64,000 nt of DNA from Candidatus Dojkabacteria bacterium. Lineage in GTDB: Bacteria; Patescibacteriota; Dojkabacteria; B142; JAFGFJ01. The DNA lies in contig JAFGFJ010000002.1 of NCBI GenBank assembly GCA_016931155.1, forward strand, positions 385 through 64,384, in the 5' to 3' direction. The position numbers were made by a program, and so were the translations under genes. The notes beneath the pieces were generated by a model. That model saw only the letters and a list, made by a program, of their open reading frames with translations. It made no database searches and was not told the origin of the DNA. Positions 39,806 through 48,256 of this stretch are shown piece by piece (position 1 is the first letter of the stretch; each line of letters starts with the position of its first letter).

Positions 39806-39905
39806 GGTTGGGGGAACTGGACAAGATTCGAACCTTTTTTCTTATCAAATCCCCTTGTTACTATCAGTATCCCAGACGTTTCCTTCAATTGGCAGGAGAA
39901 TTTTA
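39806..39905. repeat. Family-A repeat unit, copy A1. It starts with an imperfect copy of the tRNA-Gln 3' end (TGGGGGA...GATTCGAACC).
   Basis: TTGGGGGAACTGGACAAGATTCGAACCTTTTTTCT...ATCCC...CCAGACGTTTCCTTCAATTGGCAGGAGAAT. About 70% identical to copy A3 at 41926-42030. The core matches the tRNA-Gln T-arm and acceptor (TTGGGGGACCAGGATTCGAACC at 43984-44006). Confidence 0.7.
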
Positions 39906-40178
39906 ATTCTAAATTATTAAAGTTCTCATATGCTTAAATTTTCATGCACAGAAGTAATAATTTTCAAGTTATTGAATTTTAGATATAAACAGTACACGAA
40001 TTCATCAATAAACCACTATTTGATAGTCCTTTCAACTGTTCCTACTGTTTATACCATAAATAAAATGAAGAATTGCTTGTTTGATGGTGTAATTCGAGAT
40101 TTTAGGGGGAGTTGTATAAGACTCGAACTTAAGTTGAGAAATGTGACTTTCTAGACGAAAACTCGTAATGTAATTAAT

Positions 40179-40658
40179 ATGAAAAAGGAATTATCAAAGC
40201 TTGTTTTATTTGTACCATTAATACTTCTAGGTCTTTGGACGGTCATCTTTATTATTCCATACTACAACTATAGCTTACGCTTAGTATTAATACTTGGACA
40301 TCCGTTTTTGCTTTTCTTTGTACTTTTATCATCTCTTGGATATTTTCTGTTTGCCATAATTAAAAAGAAATTGTATTTATTTGTAATTTCTGTTTGTACA
40401 CTTTTGAGCTTGATAGCTGTTTGGTTTTTCCCTGCATCTGAAGTTAGACAAAATGTTACACAAAGAGTCATAAACGGATATTATTGTTCAAAAGCAGAAA
40501 TTTCAAACCGGGATGTAATTCTTGGTGGTATAACTGTTTCAGTATCAGCAGATCGTGAAGAATCACTTGTTTTTATAAATGAGTCCCACTGTTTGATGAC
40601 AGTTTGTGCAGAAGAGTTGTATTACTGTAATGAAGAAAGACCTATAATTCTCGATTAG
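40179..40658 (+). CDS. Hypothetical small membrane protein (island cargo)
   Basis: Three hydrophobic helices and a Cys-containing C-terminal region. No motif recognised. Confidence 0.4.
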   Translation: MKKELSKLVLFVPLILLGLWTVIFIIPYYNYSLRLVLILGHPFLLFFVLLSSLGYFLFAIIKKKLYLFVISVCTLLSLIAVWFFPASEVRQNVTQRVINGYYCSKAEISNRDVILGGITVSVSADREESLVFINESHCLMTVCAEELYYCNEERPIILD

Positions 40659-40728
40659 TAATTTCATTAAGATCGCTCCTAGAGTCCTACTTTAATATTC
40701 TTCTATCATTTTGCTGCTTATAACAGTA

Positions 40729-40905
40729 ACTGTACAAGATTCGAACCCACTCAACTTTTGCCTTAATCACGTGGCTCGAACCAAATTTGACTTTTCAAAT
40801 ATTGAGGGATCTGGACAACTGGTTAACTTTTTCCACTTCCATCCATTTACAATAATACGCCTACCGACGTTATCTTTTAATTGGAGAGATGATCTTAATC
40901 AGAAA
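40729..40905. repeat. Copy A2 of the GATTCGAACC core (ACAAGATTCGAACCCACTC), a family-B repeat (GTGGCTCGAACCAAATTTGAC..TTTCAAATAT) and a family-A tail (GACGTTATCTTTTAATTGGAGAGATGATCTTAATC)
   Basis: The core at 40735-40748 is identical to A1's core. The segment at 40776-40810 is ~80% identical to 43913-43948. The tail at 40866-40900 matches the A1 tail at 39870-39905. Confidence 0.6.
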
Positions 40906-41079
40906 TTATTTACAGTTAAGACACATTTCGATAATTAGTATTTAATATTAAAGTATTCTAGAGCTGATATGCCTTTTCGAAATTTTATTTAACTGAATTC
41001 TCGAAAAAGCTTGTTAACTGCGTAAAGAATATTTTTAAAAATCAAATTTCCGTCTAATTTCATTTTGGGGAGAGCTGGC

Positions 41080-41100
41080 ATTGCTCGAACCTTAGGTTTT
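41080..41100. repeat. Family-B core (GCTCGAACCTT...TCAAAAT) at the 3' end of the minus-strand gene 41105..41884
   Basis: GCATTGCTCGAACCTTAGGTTTTATTATCAAAAT shares CTCGAACC...TCAAA with the other B copies. Confidence 0.4.
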
Positions 41101-41104
41101 ATTA

Positions 41105-41884
41105 TCAAAATCGGATCTGATACATTTTTTGATTCTTATCCCAATAAGCTTCAATTCCATATTTTTTTAATTCTGCAATATGACTACTTACCCATCCATT
41201 CGATTCACCTGATGGTTCTTTGTTTCCATTTGGCTCGTTAATTAAAATAAGTTCACTTTTATCCCAACTATTTAATTCAACAAGTATTGTTTCAATTTCT
41301 TTTATGACCAAAGGTTCATCTATACTGCTACAATTTAATTTAACACCGTTAAAAGCATCTTTAGCACACAGAATGTGAAACGAAGAATCACTAACTGCCT
41401 CTATATTAACTAGTTGTATAATACTTGCATCAGGATTGATATGGTAATGGATTGTTAAAGTGTCTGAATTCAACTCTATGAAGTTTATTCCATTTACTAC
41501 ACTATATTTTTCAATTATTTTATCTGAATTTAAAGATACTAATAATTTACACTTAGTGTCAAAAACATAAATTTTTGAATCTTTTAAAAGATAGGTCTGG
41601 AAAGTATCTTTTACTGAGGGATAGCCTTCAATTACCAGATACTTTTCGTTACTAATTGAATTGGTGACTATAAGACCAGAAGGAACGGTGTTCGCACACT
41701 CATTAATAAACTTTGTGTTCCTAGATTGAGATATATTCTCATTTTCAAAGCTGTTTTGTTTGAAACAAATAAGAATTGCTGATAAAACAAGAAAAATAAA
41801 TATAATAGCTACAATCAGAATTGTTTTGATTTTTGTGATTATTATTTGCATATGATAAAAATCACTACTTAACACTCGAACCAC
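41105..41884 (-). CDS. Hypothetical secreted/membrane-anchored protein (island cargo), bracketed by family-B repeat cores
   Basis: N-terminal signal anchor (KTILIVAIIFIFLVLSAILICF). No recognised domain. Confidence 0.4.
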   Translation of the reverse strand: MVRVLSSDFYHMQIIITKIKTILIVAIIFIFLVLSAILICFKQNSFENENISQSRNTKFINECANTVPSGLIVTNSISNEKYLVIEGYPSVKDTFQTYLLKDSKIYVFDTKCKLLVSLNSDKIIEKYSVVNGINFIELNSDTLTIHYHINPDASIIQLVNIEAVSDSSFHILCAKDAFNGVKLNCSSIDEPLVIKEIETILVELNSWDKSELILINEPNGNKEPSGESNGWVSSHIAELKKYGIEAYWDKNQKMYQIRF

Positions 41885-42030
41885 TGTGTCATATGGTAGA
41901 CCATTGTGTGTCTGTACAATTCCACTGGTTGCGGGAATTGGACAAGGTTCGAACTTTTTTCTATGACCATCCCACTGCTGAGATCATTATACCAACGGTT
42001 TCGTTTGATTGGGGGAAGAGTTATGAGAAG
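41862..42030. repeat. Family-B core (ACACTCGAACCACTGTG) followed by family-A copy A3 (GGGAATTGGACAAGGTTCGAACTTTTTTCT...)
   Basis: The A3 copy at 41926-42030 aligns with A1 over about 100 nt. The track ORFs 39677..39937 and 41906..42112 both translate this repeat (GNWTRFE in both). Confidence 0.65.
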
Positions 42031-42240
42031 AAGTTATTGTTTTGTGAGTATGAGTAGAATGATGGCTTTCAAGGTCAGTTTTACTCTCTACTTGAACGAT
42101 CCGATTGCATAAATTTCACATATTACTAACAAACACTGTCGGAATAGGATTTATTATCCTGAGGTCTCTTCTACGGTATCAGAATGGCTGTTGGTCAGTG
42201 TTAATTGATAGTCAAGGGTGTCTTGTACAAGGTTCGAACC

Positions 42241-42702
42241 TCAGGATGAGATTTGTGTACAGTGCGATAAATATTCCTTGATAGGCCAAGGTACTTTTAC
42301 CGTTGTTGACCCCACCAGTAAAGTATGGTCTCCAAATACTGATTTTGGACAACCATATACTATGTTTTTCGATCTATGAAGGTATTGATTACTATTCGAG
42401 AAATCTTCTTCAAGAAAAACAAACTCAATCCTGCGACCGTCACATTTGGCATTTATTTGAATCTTATAGTCCCGATCATCAATTTTGGTGTAGTTCTTTT
42501 TTTCCAAGATGTTCTTTAGTTTCTGCTTTTCCGTTTTCAGTATATGAAAGTCAATGTCATGATTAACCTCATCGTCATCAATTATTCCAGAGTCAATTTG
42601 TTCAAGTAAGCCTCTCCCCACCCAGTAGTCTATATTAGAGTCAGATAGTAAGCTAATAATTTCATGAAAACTCTCTCTGATATGTGTTATTTGAATTGTC
42701 AT
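42241..42702 (-). CDS. Hypothetical small protein, weakly nucleotidyltransferase-like. Possible partner of the downstream HEPN-like gene.
   Basis: GRG...DSGIIDDDEVNHDIDFHIL loosely resembles the Pol-beta NTase G[GS]...DxD motif. A GGTTCGAACC core lies immediately 3' of its stop. Confidence 0.25.
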   Translation of the reverse strand: MTIQITHIRESFHEIISLLSDSNIDYWVGRGLLEQIDSGIIDDDEVNHDIDFHILKTEKQKLKNILEKKNYTKIDDRDYKIQINAKCDGRRIEFVFLEEDFSNSNQYLHRSKNIVYGCPKSVFGDHTLLVGSTTVKVPWPIKEYLSHCTQISS

Positions 42703-42746
42703 TATTATTAAACTTTATAATTATATTCGATTGTAGGAAAATTGAT

Positions 42747-43874
42747 TTATAGAACTTCTAAAACGCTGAAGATACAGTTTAGAACTGATTGAAGTATTTC
42801 TGTTTGCTTACGCCACATAATTTGTTGACTTGCTATCGTATGAAACGCATAGTTGCGCAATCCATAAGATAAGGTAAAATCTCCAAGGGTAGACTTTTGG
42901 CCTATACAATCTTGAATCCATTTTTCAAAATCGTTATCTCTATCTATTTGTATTTGATTTAAATTTGGAGTTCCTAATTTGTTGTCACTGCTATATTTTT
43001 CGAACAAATTTCCAAATCTATCTAATCTCGGATATTTTTTCTTTAATAGATCTTCTATAGTAATAAGTAATCCGCCGATTACTTGTGCATAAATAAGCGG
43101 TGCAATAACATTCTCACCTTTATTGGATTTCTGAATTCTTCTCAAGCGCCACAATCTAAGCAAAGAGTAAACAAAAAAGTATTTGATCTCGAGATATTCA
43201 TCTAATCTTTGGTCTAGAAACTTCATTCTCAAATCAGAATACTCAAGACTTCCGCTTCTCTCCGTTTGATAGTGCTGCTTGTACTTACCATTTTCATTTC
43301 CCTTTCCATCCAATCTGTCACGAAGAAAACCCAGCATATACTTGGTGTGATCTGAAATATATTGTTTTTCATCTGGATTTAATGAAAGGAAAAGATTTGC
43401 GGGTAAGTCATGCCATTTCTTATGATGGTTGCGATCTTCGGTTAATGCAAGATGCATAAAAATTGATCCTGCATCAACATCAAACTGACTTATACTAGCA
43501 ACAGCAATGAAATAATAAGGAGTTCCAAGATGAAGTTCAAGTTTGTAATCATTCCTCCATTTCTCTGCCCAGATGATTAATCTCTGCCAAAGCTCATATG
43601 CATATTTATTCTTTCTGTTTTTAATCAAATTTTGACTTACTGGTGTGAAGTTGCTGAAAATTGCATCACTGGTGGATGTTAATTCATCTTCAGCGATATC
43701 ACTTAAAGTTTTACCAATCTTGTCAAGGAAACGATCTTCAACATTAATTATCTTGTCCCTAAAATAAGACTGATAGAATTTTGTAAATTCGTCAGTCAAA
43801 TCCTCATTGATATAATCAAACTCTTCAATTGCGAAATAGCCTGTAAGGGGGATTTTTAAAGTAATTTTTTTCAT
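42747..43874 (-). CDS. Hypothetical 375-aa protein with a C-terminal Rx4H motif. Possible HEPN/Abi-like defence protein.
   Basis: C-terminal GLRNYAFHT (R-x4-H), as in HEPN/Abi_2-type proteins. It sits in the tRNA-Gln-adjacent island next to a small upstream partner ORF. Confidence 0.3.
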   Translation of the reverse strand: MKKITLKIPLTGYFAIEEFDYINEDLTDEFTKFYQSYFRDKIINVEDRFLDKIGKTLSDIAEDELTSTSDAIFSNFTPVSQNLIKNRKNKYAYELWQRLIIWAEKWRNDYKLELHLGTPYYFIAVASISQFDVDAGSIFMHLALTEDRNHHKKWHDLPANLFLSLNPDEKQYISDHTKYMLGFLRDRLDGKGNENGKYKQHYQTERSGSLEYSDLRMKFLDQRLDEYLEIKYFFVYSLLRLWRLRRIQKSNKGENVIAPLIYAQVIGGLLITIEDLLKKKYPRLDRFGNLFEKYSSDNKLGTPNLNQIQIDRDNDFEKWIQDCIGQKSTLGDFTLSYGLRNYAFHTIASQQIMWRKQTEILQSVLNCIFSVLEVL

Positions 43875-43912
43875 GTCTGTTACAAAACGATAATATGGCA
43901 GTTTAGCCTATT

Positions 43913-43948
43913 TTTATGTGGCTCGAACCACTTTTTGCGTTTCAAAAT
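43913..43948. repeat. Family-B repeat copy adjacent to tRNA-Gln
   Basis: ATGTGGCTCGAACCACTTTTTGCGTTTCAAAATAT versus ACGTGGCTCGAACCAAATTTGACTTTTCAAATAT at 40776. Confidence 0.6.
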
Positions 43949-43983
43949 ATGGCGTATAGACTATAGCGTACACGCCTAGTCAT

Positions 43984-44054
43984 TTGGGGGACCAGGATTC
44001 GAACCTGAATTCACGGCTTCAAAGGCCGCTGTCCTACCATTAGACGATCCCCCA
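43984..44054 (-). tRNA. tRNA-Gln (anticodon TTG)
   Basis: Reverse complement TGGGGGA-TC-GTC-TAATGGTAG-GAC-A-GCGGC-CTTTGAA-GCCGT-GAAT-TCAGG-TTCGAAT-CCTGG-TCCCCCA-A folds as a cloverleaf (3-bp D-stem typical of Gln/Glu; anticodon loop CTTTGAA). Confidence 0.8.
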
Positions 44055-44288
44055 ATTCTACAAACCCAGACTGAGGGGAATTATACCATCTCACACCTGT
44101 CTTGCTAAACTTTTCATTTTGCTCTTCAGTTTGTACACAATTTTATACAGACAATTTACTCGATTATTCCCTGATCTTCAAAACCGTCTCTATCATTCTT
44201 TGAAGTAAATTTAATAGCTTCAAAATCTTTTCTCCCCCTTGAAAAACTTTCTTTCAGATGACATTATTAAAAAGCTATTGCCTTTGCC

Positions 44289-45521
44289 ATGAATAAAGAA
44301 AAAATCCTCTTAATCACTCCTGGAATCAGAAACAGTCGCGGTCACGAAATACATGGTTATGCGATCAATCACGCACTCAGGCAGTACAGGCACATAGAAA
44401 TGAGAAGGCTCAAAGAGCTTGATAAATCAATTCTCGGAAGACTATTGATATGGCCGGCAGTTGAAATTATGAAGACTTTAATCGCACAGTTTCCAATGCT
44501 CAGTTTTGACGAAGCGGCAAGAGGAACTTCAAATAAAAAGTATAAGGTCGGGATAAGCACCATTCTTCTCGGCAGAGGGCTTGTTAAATTTTTCAAGAAG
44601 AATCCGTTTTACCAAAAGATTCCGGTTGTAAGTTCCCATTATGCGGCGATTGCCGCAGGAAAAAAAACAGGACTTAAGAAATTATTGATAATCGGACCGG
44701 ATTTTTTTCCACATCCCCAAACCGCAATCCCAGACGTTGTCATCACCTCCCCGGGCAAAGTATTCACTGATGAACTTCTCAAACTCGGGGTAAAAAAAGA
44801 AAATATAAGGGAAATCGGAGTAATACTTACACCAAAAGCGGAAGAAAATGCGAAAAAATACATTGAAGTAAGAAAAAAAGTAGCCTTGACTAAAAAAAAT
44901 CCGATGCATATTTTAATTACAATGGGTGGGGCAGGGCCTGAAACAAATGAAGTCATTGAAACAGTACAAAAGCTGAAAGAACTGATACTTGCTGGGCATC
45001 AACTATGTTCAATAAGCGTAGTCGTTGGCGACAATAGACCTGACCGGGTGAGACTCAGAAAAAAACTTATGAACATAATTCAAAATCAGATACTTGAAGA
45101 TACAAAAGGCCGTGGCTTTAGAGTATTTGGCGGAAAGAAAGGTTTTACAAAAAAAGACGAAGTCAAAAAAACGTGGGAGCTTGTAGCAAGCTCTATAGAA
45201 ACAAATGGGCTCCCTCCTGTTGACCTGATGTTTACAAGACCAAACGATATGTCACTTATCTCTACAGCAATGGGAATTCCAACCATTCTATACAAGGCCT
45301 GTGGCAGTCATGAAAAAAAGGCGGAGCATTATCTGACCAATTCTGCAAAGTTTTCAATTCCTTTTCAGAGATGGAAGAAAATAAAGCAGACAGGTGAGAT
45401 AATTGACCTCGGCAATCCACTTGAGGCTGCATTTATAATGAAGAGTAGGGGACTGATAAAGTCCGATTCAGGAGGAAATTTGATTGAAGTGATAAACGAA
45501 CTTTGCACAGACTTGAAATAA
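44289..45521 (+). CDS. Hypothetical protein, possibly a GT-B-fold glycosyltransferase-like enzyme
   Basis: About 410 aa. Alternating beta/alpha character with Gly-rich loops (ITMGGAGPE). No diagnostic motif. Confidence 0.3.
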   Translation: MNKEKILLITPGIRNSRGHEIHGYAINHALRQYRHIEMRRLKELDKSILGRLLIWPAVEIMKTLIAQFPMLSFDEAARGTSNKKYKVGISTILLGRGLVKFFKKNPFYQKIPVVSSHYAAIAAGKKTGLKKLLIIGPDFFPHPQTAIPDVVITSPGKVFTDELLKLGVKKENIREIGVILTPKAEENAKKYIEVRKKVALTKKNPMHILITMGGAGPETNEVIETVQKLKELILAGHQLCSISVVVGDNRPDRVRLRKKLMNIIQNQILEDTKGRGFRVFGGKKGFTKKDEVKKTWELVASSIETNGLPPVDLMFTRPNDMSLISTAMGIPTILYKACGSHEKKAEHYLTNSAKFSIPFQRWKKIKQTGEIIDLGNPLEAAFIMKSRGLIKSDSGGNLIEVINELCTDLK

Positions 45522-45629
45522 TCAACCAAAAGATCCTCAAAAAATATATCCTCTAATTGCCTGACAGGAACAATCTACGAATTCATGATTGTCCGCTTGA
45601 AAAAAACTCAGCTCAGCTACCAGGAGAAC

Positions 45630-46841
45630 CTAAAACCCACTATCATCTTCACCGCCAAGCCTCCAATATGCAACACCTCCTATCCCGAACTCTGCAGCCA
45701 TTTCTCTCCTTGCTTTTACTCCGCTTCCACTCATATAAAAAATGATCCCTTGGGAACCATTTTTGTCATATTCAAGAATTACTTCTCCAAGCCCATCATC
45801 TTTGTACTCATTATAAGAGTAATTCTTTTTTATCTGAATAATATCGGAATATTCATGTGCATTGACCTGTATTTTCTCCTCCAGTGGATTTCCGAAAATA
45901 TCCAGATTGCGATTATATTTTTCATTTACCCACTCATATCCGTAAAGATGCACACCCAGAACAATTTTCCCACGAGGGATTTCATCCACAGCATATTGAA
46001 GAATTTCATACATCCACGAAATTGGACCGATAGGTCCCGGGTAGCGCGAATTTGTCGAAGTGTAATCGTAGGCCATGATTCTTATCTCATCAACATATTT
46101 GGAAAGTTCACGCCAGTTCTGCGCCTCACGTGTTTGCTTCAGAGAGGGATATTCTATTCCGTTCCCCCACTTTGACAAAACATCTATAGTAAGAATTTTA
46201 TTCCTTTTTTTAAGCTCACCGGAAAGCTCTTCTATAAATTTCAAAAACAGTTCTTTGTCAACAAGCTCAATAGACTCGTAATCAATATCAATCCCGTCAT
46301 AATCATTTTCATCAACCACTTTTAAAATACCTGTAATATGCCTCTGATAATTCTCTTCTGAATTCAGGACGGACTTAATAATGTTAAAGTCGAACATACC
46401 AATAGTAGGAATTAGATTTATATTGTTTTCTTTTACAAACTGTCCCAGCTTTGCGTGGGAGGCTCTTTTATGGCTTATGAGCGAACCATCAGCCTTGAGC
46501 GAATACCAGACAGGCGAAACCGAGTCAAACTTTTCTTTATTCTTGACAAGGCTTTCATAACCACGGTCAAAATCCCAGTAGGGAATCCAGGCCGACTGAC
46601 TGATCTCTTCTACACCTTTTGAATAATTCTGTTCTTCCCCCCTTCTATTTTCTTGTCCTTTTTCCTGTCCTATGTCATTTTCACCATCTCCTTCGATCAT
46701 GTCGGTTTGACCGGAATTCTCATTTTTTTGTGTAATTTGATAGACAGGATATTTCAAAAGAAAGAAATAAACAGCCAAAGCTGAAAGAACAATGAAGAAA
46801 ACAATGAAAAGGATAATAATTATTTTTTTCCTCAGTTTCAT
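45630..46841 (-). CDS. Membrane-anchored glycoside hydrolase family 18-like protein (chitinase/peptidoglycan-hydrolase-like TIM barrel)
   Basis: N-terminal TM anchor. DYDGIDIDYESIE matches the GH18 catalytic DGxDxDWE motif, with Tyr replacing Trp. Confidence 0.55.
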   Translation of the reverse strand: MKLRKKIIIILFIVFFIVLSALAVYFFLLKYPVYQITQKNENSGQTDMIEGDGENDIGQEKGQENRRGEEQNYSKGVEEISQSAWIPYWDFDRGYESLVKNKEKFDSVSPVWYSLKADGSLISHKRASHAKLGQFVKENNINLIPTIGMFDFNIIKSVLNSEENYQRHITGILKVVDENDYDGIDIDYESIELVDKELFLKFIEELSGELKKRNKILTIDVLSKWGNGIEYPSLKQTREAQNWRELSKYVDEIRIMAYDYTSTNSRYPGPIGPISWMYEILQYAVDEIPRGKIVLGVHLYGYEWVNEKYNRNLDIFGNPLEEKIQVNAHEYSDIIQIKKNYSYNEYKDDGLGEVILEYDKNGSQGIIFYMSGSGVKARREMAAEFGIGGVAYWRLGGEDDSGF

Positions 46842-46998
46842 TAAAATGAATTGAAGTAAATTTCTACAGATTATACCAGAATCTCTTGAAATCTCTGCGA
46901 GAACATCGTTGAAGCATTATTAATGACCGGAAAGCCTGCAGCAAGGAATATTTTTGATCCTGACCTCTTCGTGCTAATATTTACAGACAAATTCAATA

Positions 46999-47637
46999 AT
47001 GAAAAAGATTTATTTACTGACAATACTGATTTTTTCCGCTTTGCTTTTGTCCGCTTGTAAACCAAATTACCTTCAGGAGAACAATCAAAGTTCTAGCAGT
47101 GAAGAGCAGGGTAGTTCAAATATTAATTCAGAGGAAAACGCAATGAAAAATAATAAATACAGTGAGGCTCCCGAAGTACTGCCCGAGTCTGAGAGACTCA
47201 ATAAAAAAATCGTTATGAAAACAAATAAGGGAATAATTGAGATTGAGTTGTTCGGAGAAAAGGCTCCTCTTACTGTTAGCAACTTCATTTTTCTTGTAGA
47301 AGACAAATATTATGATGGTCTTACTTTTCACAGAGTTGATAAGAGTATCAATATTATCCAGGGTGGAGATCCTTTGGGGACTGGAGCGGGAGGCCCCGGT
47401 TACACAATCGCTGAAGAACCGCCTGCAAGTGGTGATGATTACAAAGAGGGGATAGTTGCTATGGCAAAGACATCGGCTCCACATTCAACCGGCTCGCAGT
47501 TTTTCATAATGACAGGGGATTTTGGTGGATTCAGTCCGGACTATTCAATTTTTGGAAAAGTCATCAGCGGAATAGATGTAGTAAAAAGCATTGGAGTAGG
47601 GGACGTAATGGATGAGGTTCGTGTTGAAAATTTGTAA
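46999..47637 (+). CDS. Cyclophilin-type peptidyl-prolyl cis-trans isomerase, probably a lipoprotein
   Basis: Lipobox-like LLLSAC. Cyclophilin motifs FHRVDKSINIIQGGDPLGTGAGGPGY and SQFFIMT. Confidence 0.85.
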   Translation: MKKIYLLTILIFSALLLSACKPNYLQENNQSSSSEEQGSSNINSEENAMKNNKYSEAPEVLPESERLNKKIVMKTNKGIIEIELFGEKAPLTVSNFIFLVEDKYYDGLTFHRVDKSINIIQGGDPLGTGAGGPGYTIAEEPPASGDDYKEGIVAMAKTSAPHSTGSQFFIMTGDFGGFSPDYSIFGKVISGIDVVKSIGVGDVMDEVRVENL

Positions 47638-47766
47638 TGATTATAAAGTTCAGTAAATAACAAATCTCAAGCTTTCATCAGTAAGGCAATATCCATAAAA
47701 GAGATTCTTTGGAGCAGGTTCTTTGTGAGGAAGCTTTTGTCCAAAGCCAATTTCTTCGCCTCCCGA

Positions 47767-48141
47767 TTACGCCACCTTATTTTCAAAAGACTGTTGTCGA
47801 GGAAGATCAGGAGGTCTATCCGGATTGTCATCGTCAAATCCTTCTGGGATTTCGTAACCATTTGTCCTTAGAAATTCCCTTGCTTCATCAAGAAGCCAAT
47901 AATATACCGCTACCTCACAAAATTCTATTATCTTTTCTGAATCAAATTCCCTCGGTCTTACTGAAAAGCGTTTTTTCACAAGCATTTCTTCATCTCTGCC
48001 AGTGGGGATGTTGACTATACTTATAGTTACTGGTACTTCTCCCTCAGTAACAATAAAAAGCTGGAACTTTTGTCCAAATTCACAAGGACTAGGTCTTCTC
48101 AAGTCTTCGAGTATACCAGGTTTTCTCAAGTCTTCAGACAT
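47767..48141 (-). CDS. Hypothetical small protein
   Basis: 124-aa ORF between convergent genes. No motif. It may not be expressed. Confidence 0.25.
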   Translation of the reverse strand: MSEDLRKPGILEDLRRPSPCEFGQKFQLFIVTEGEVPVTISIVNIPTGRDEEMLVKKRFSVRPREFDSEKIIEFCEVAVYYWLLDEAREFLRTNGYEIPEGFDDDNPDRPPDLPRQQSFENKVA

Positions 48142-48256
48142 ATTCTATAATGGTAAAATAATTGGCTCCGACTTTAGCACAAAATGCATACCTAGTCTAG
48201 GGGATCAAAATCCTTTATAGTATAATGTCAAAGCGTTTAATTATTAGGCAAGAAAT

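Noticed and set aside
39677-42112. Track ORFs 39677..39937, 40711..40938 and 41906..42112 as protein-coding genes
   Set aside because: They are translations of the family-A/B nucleotide repeats (both give GNWTRFE from GGGAAYTGGACAAGRTTCGAAC). They have no start context, and their peptide similarity simply mirrors DNA-repeat identity.
39806-42240. The GATTCGAACC-containing repeat units as functional tRNA genes
   Set aside because: Only the T-loop, 3' T-stem and 3' acceptor segment are present. No complementary 5' acceptor, D-arm or anticodon arm can be found at the required spacing, so no cloverleaf forms.
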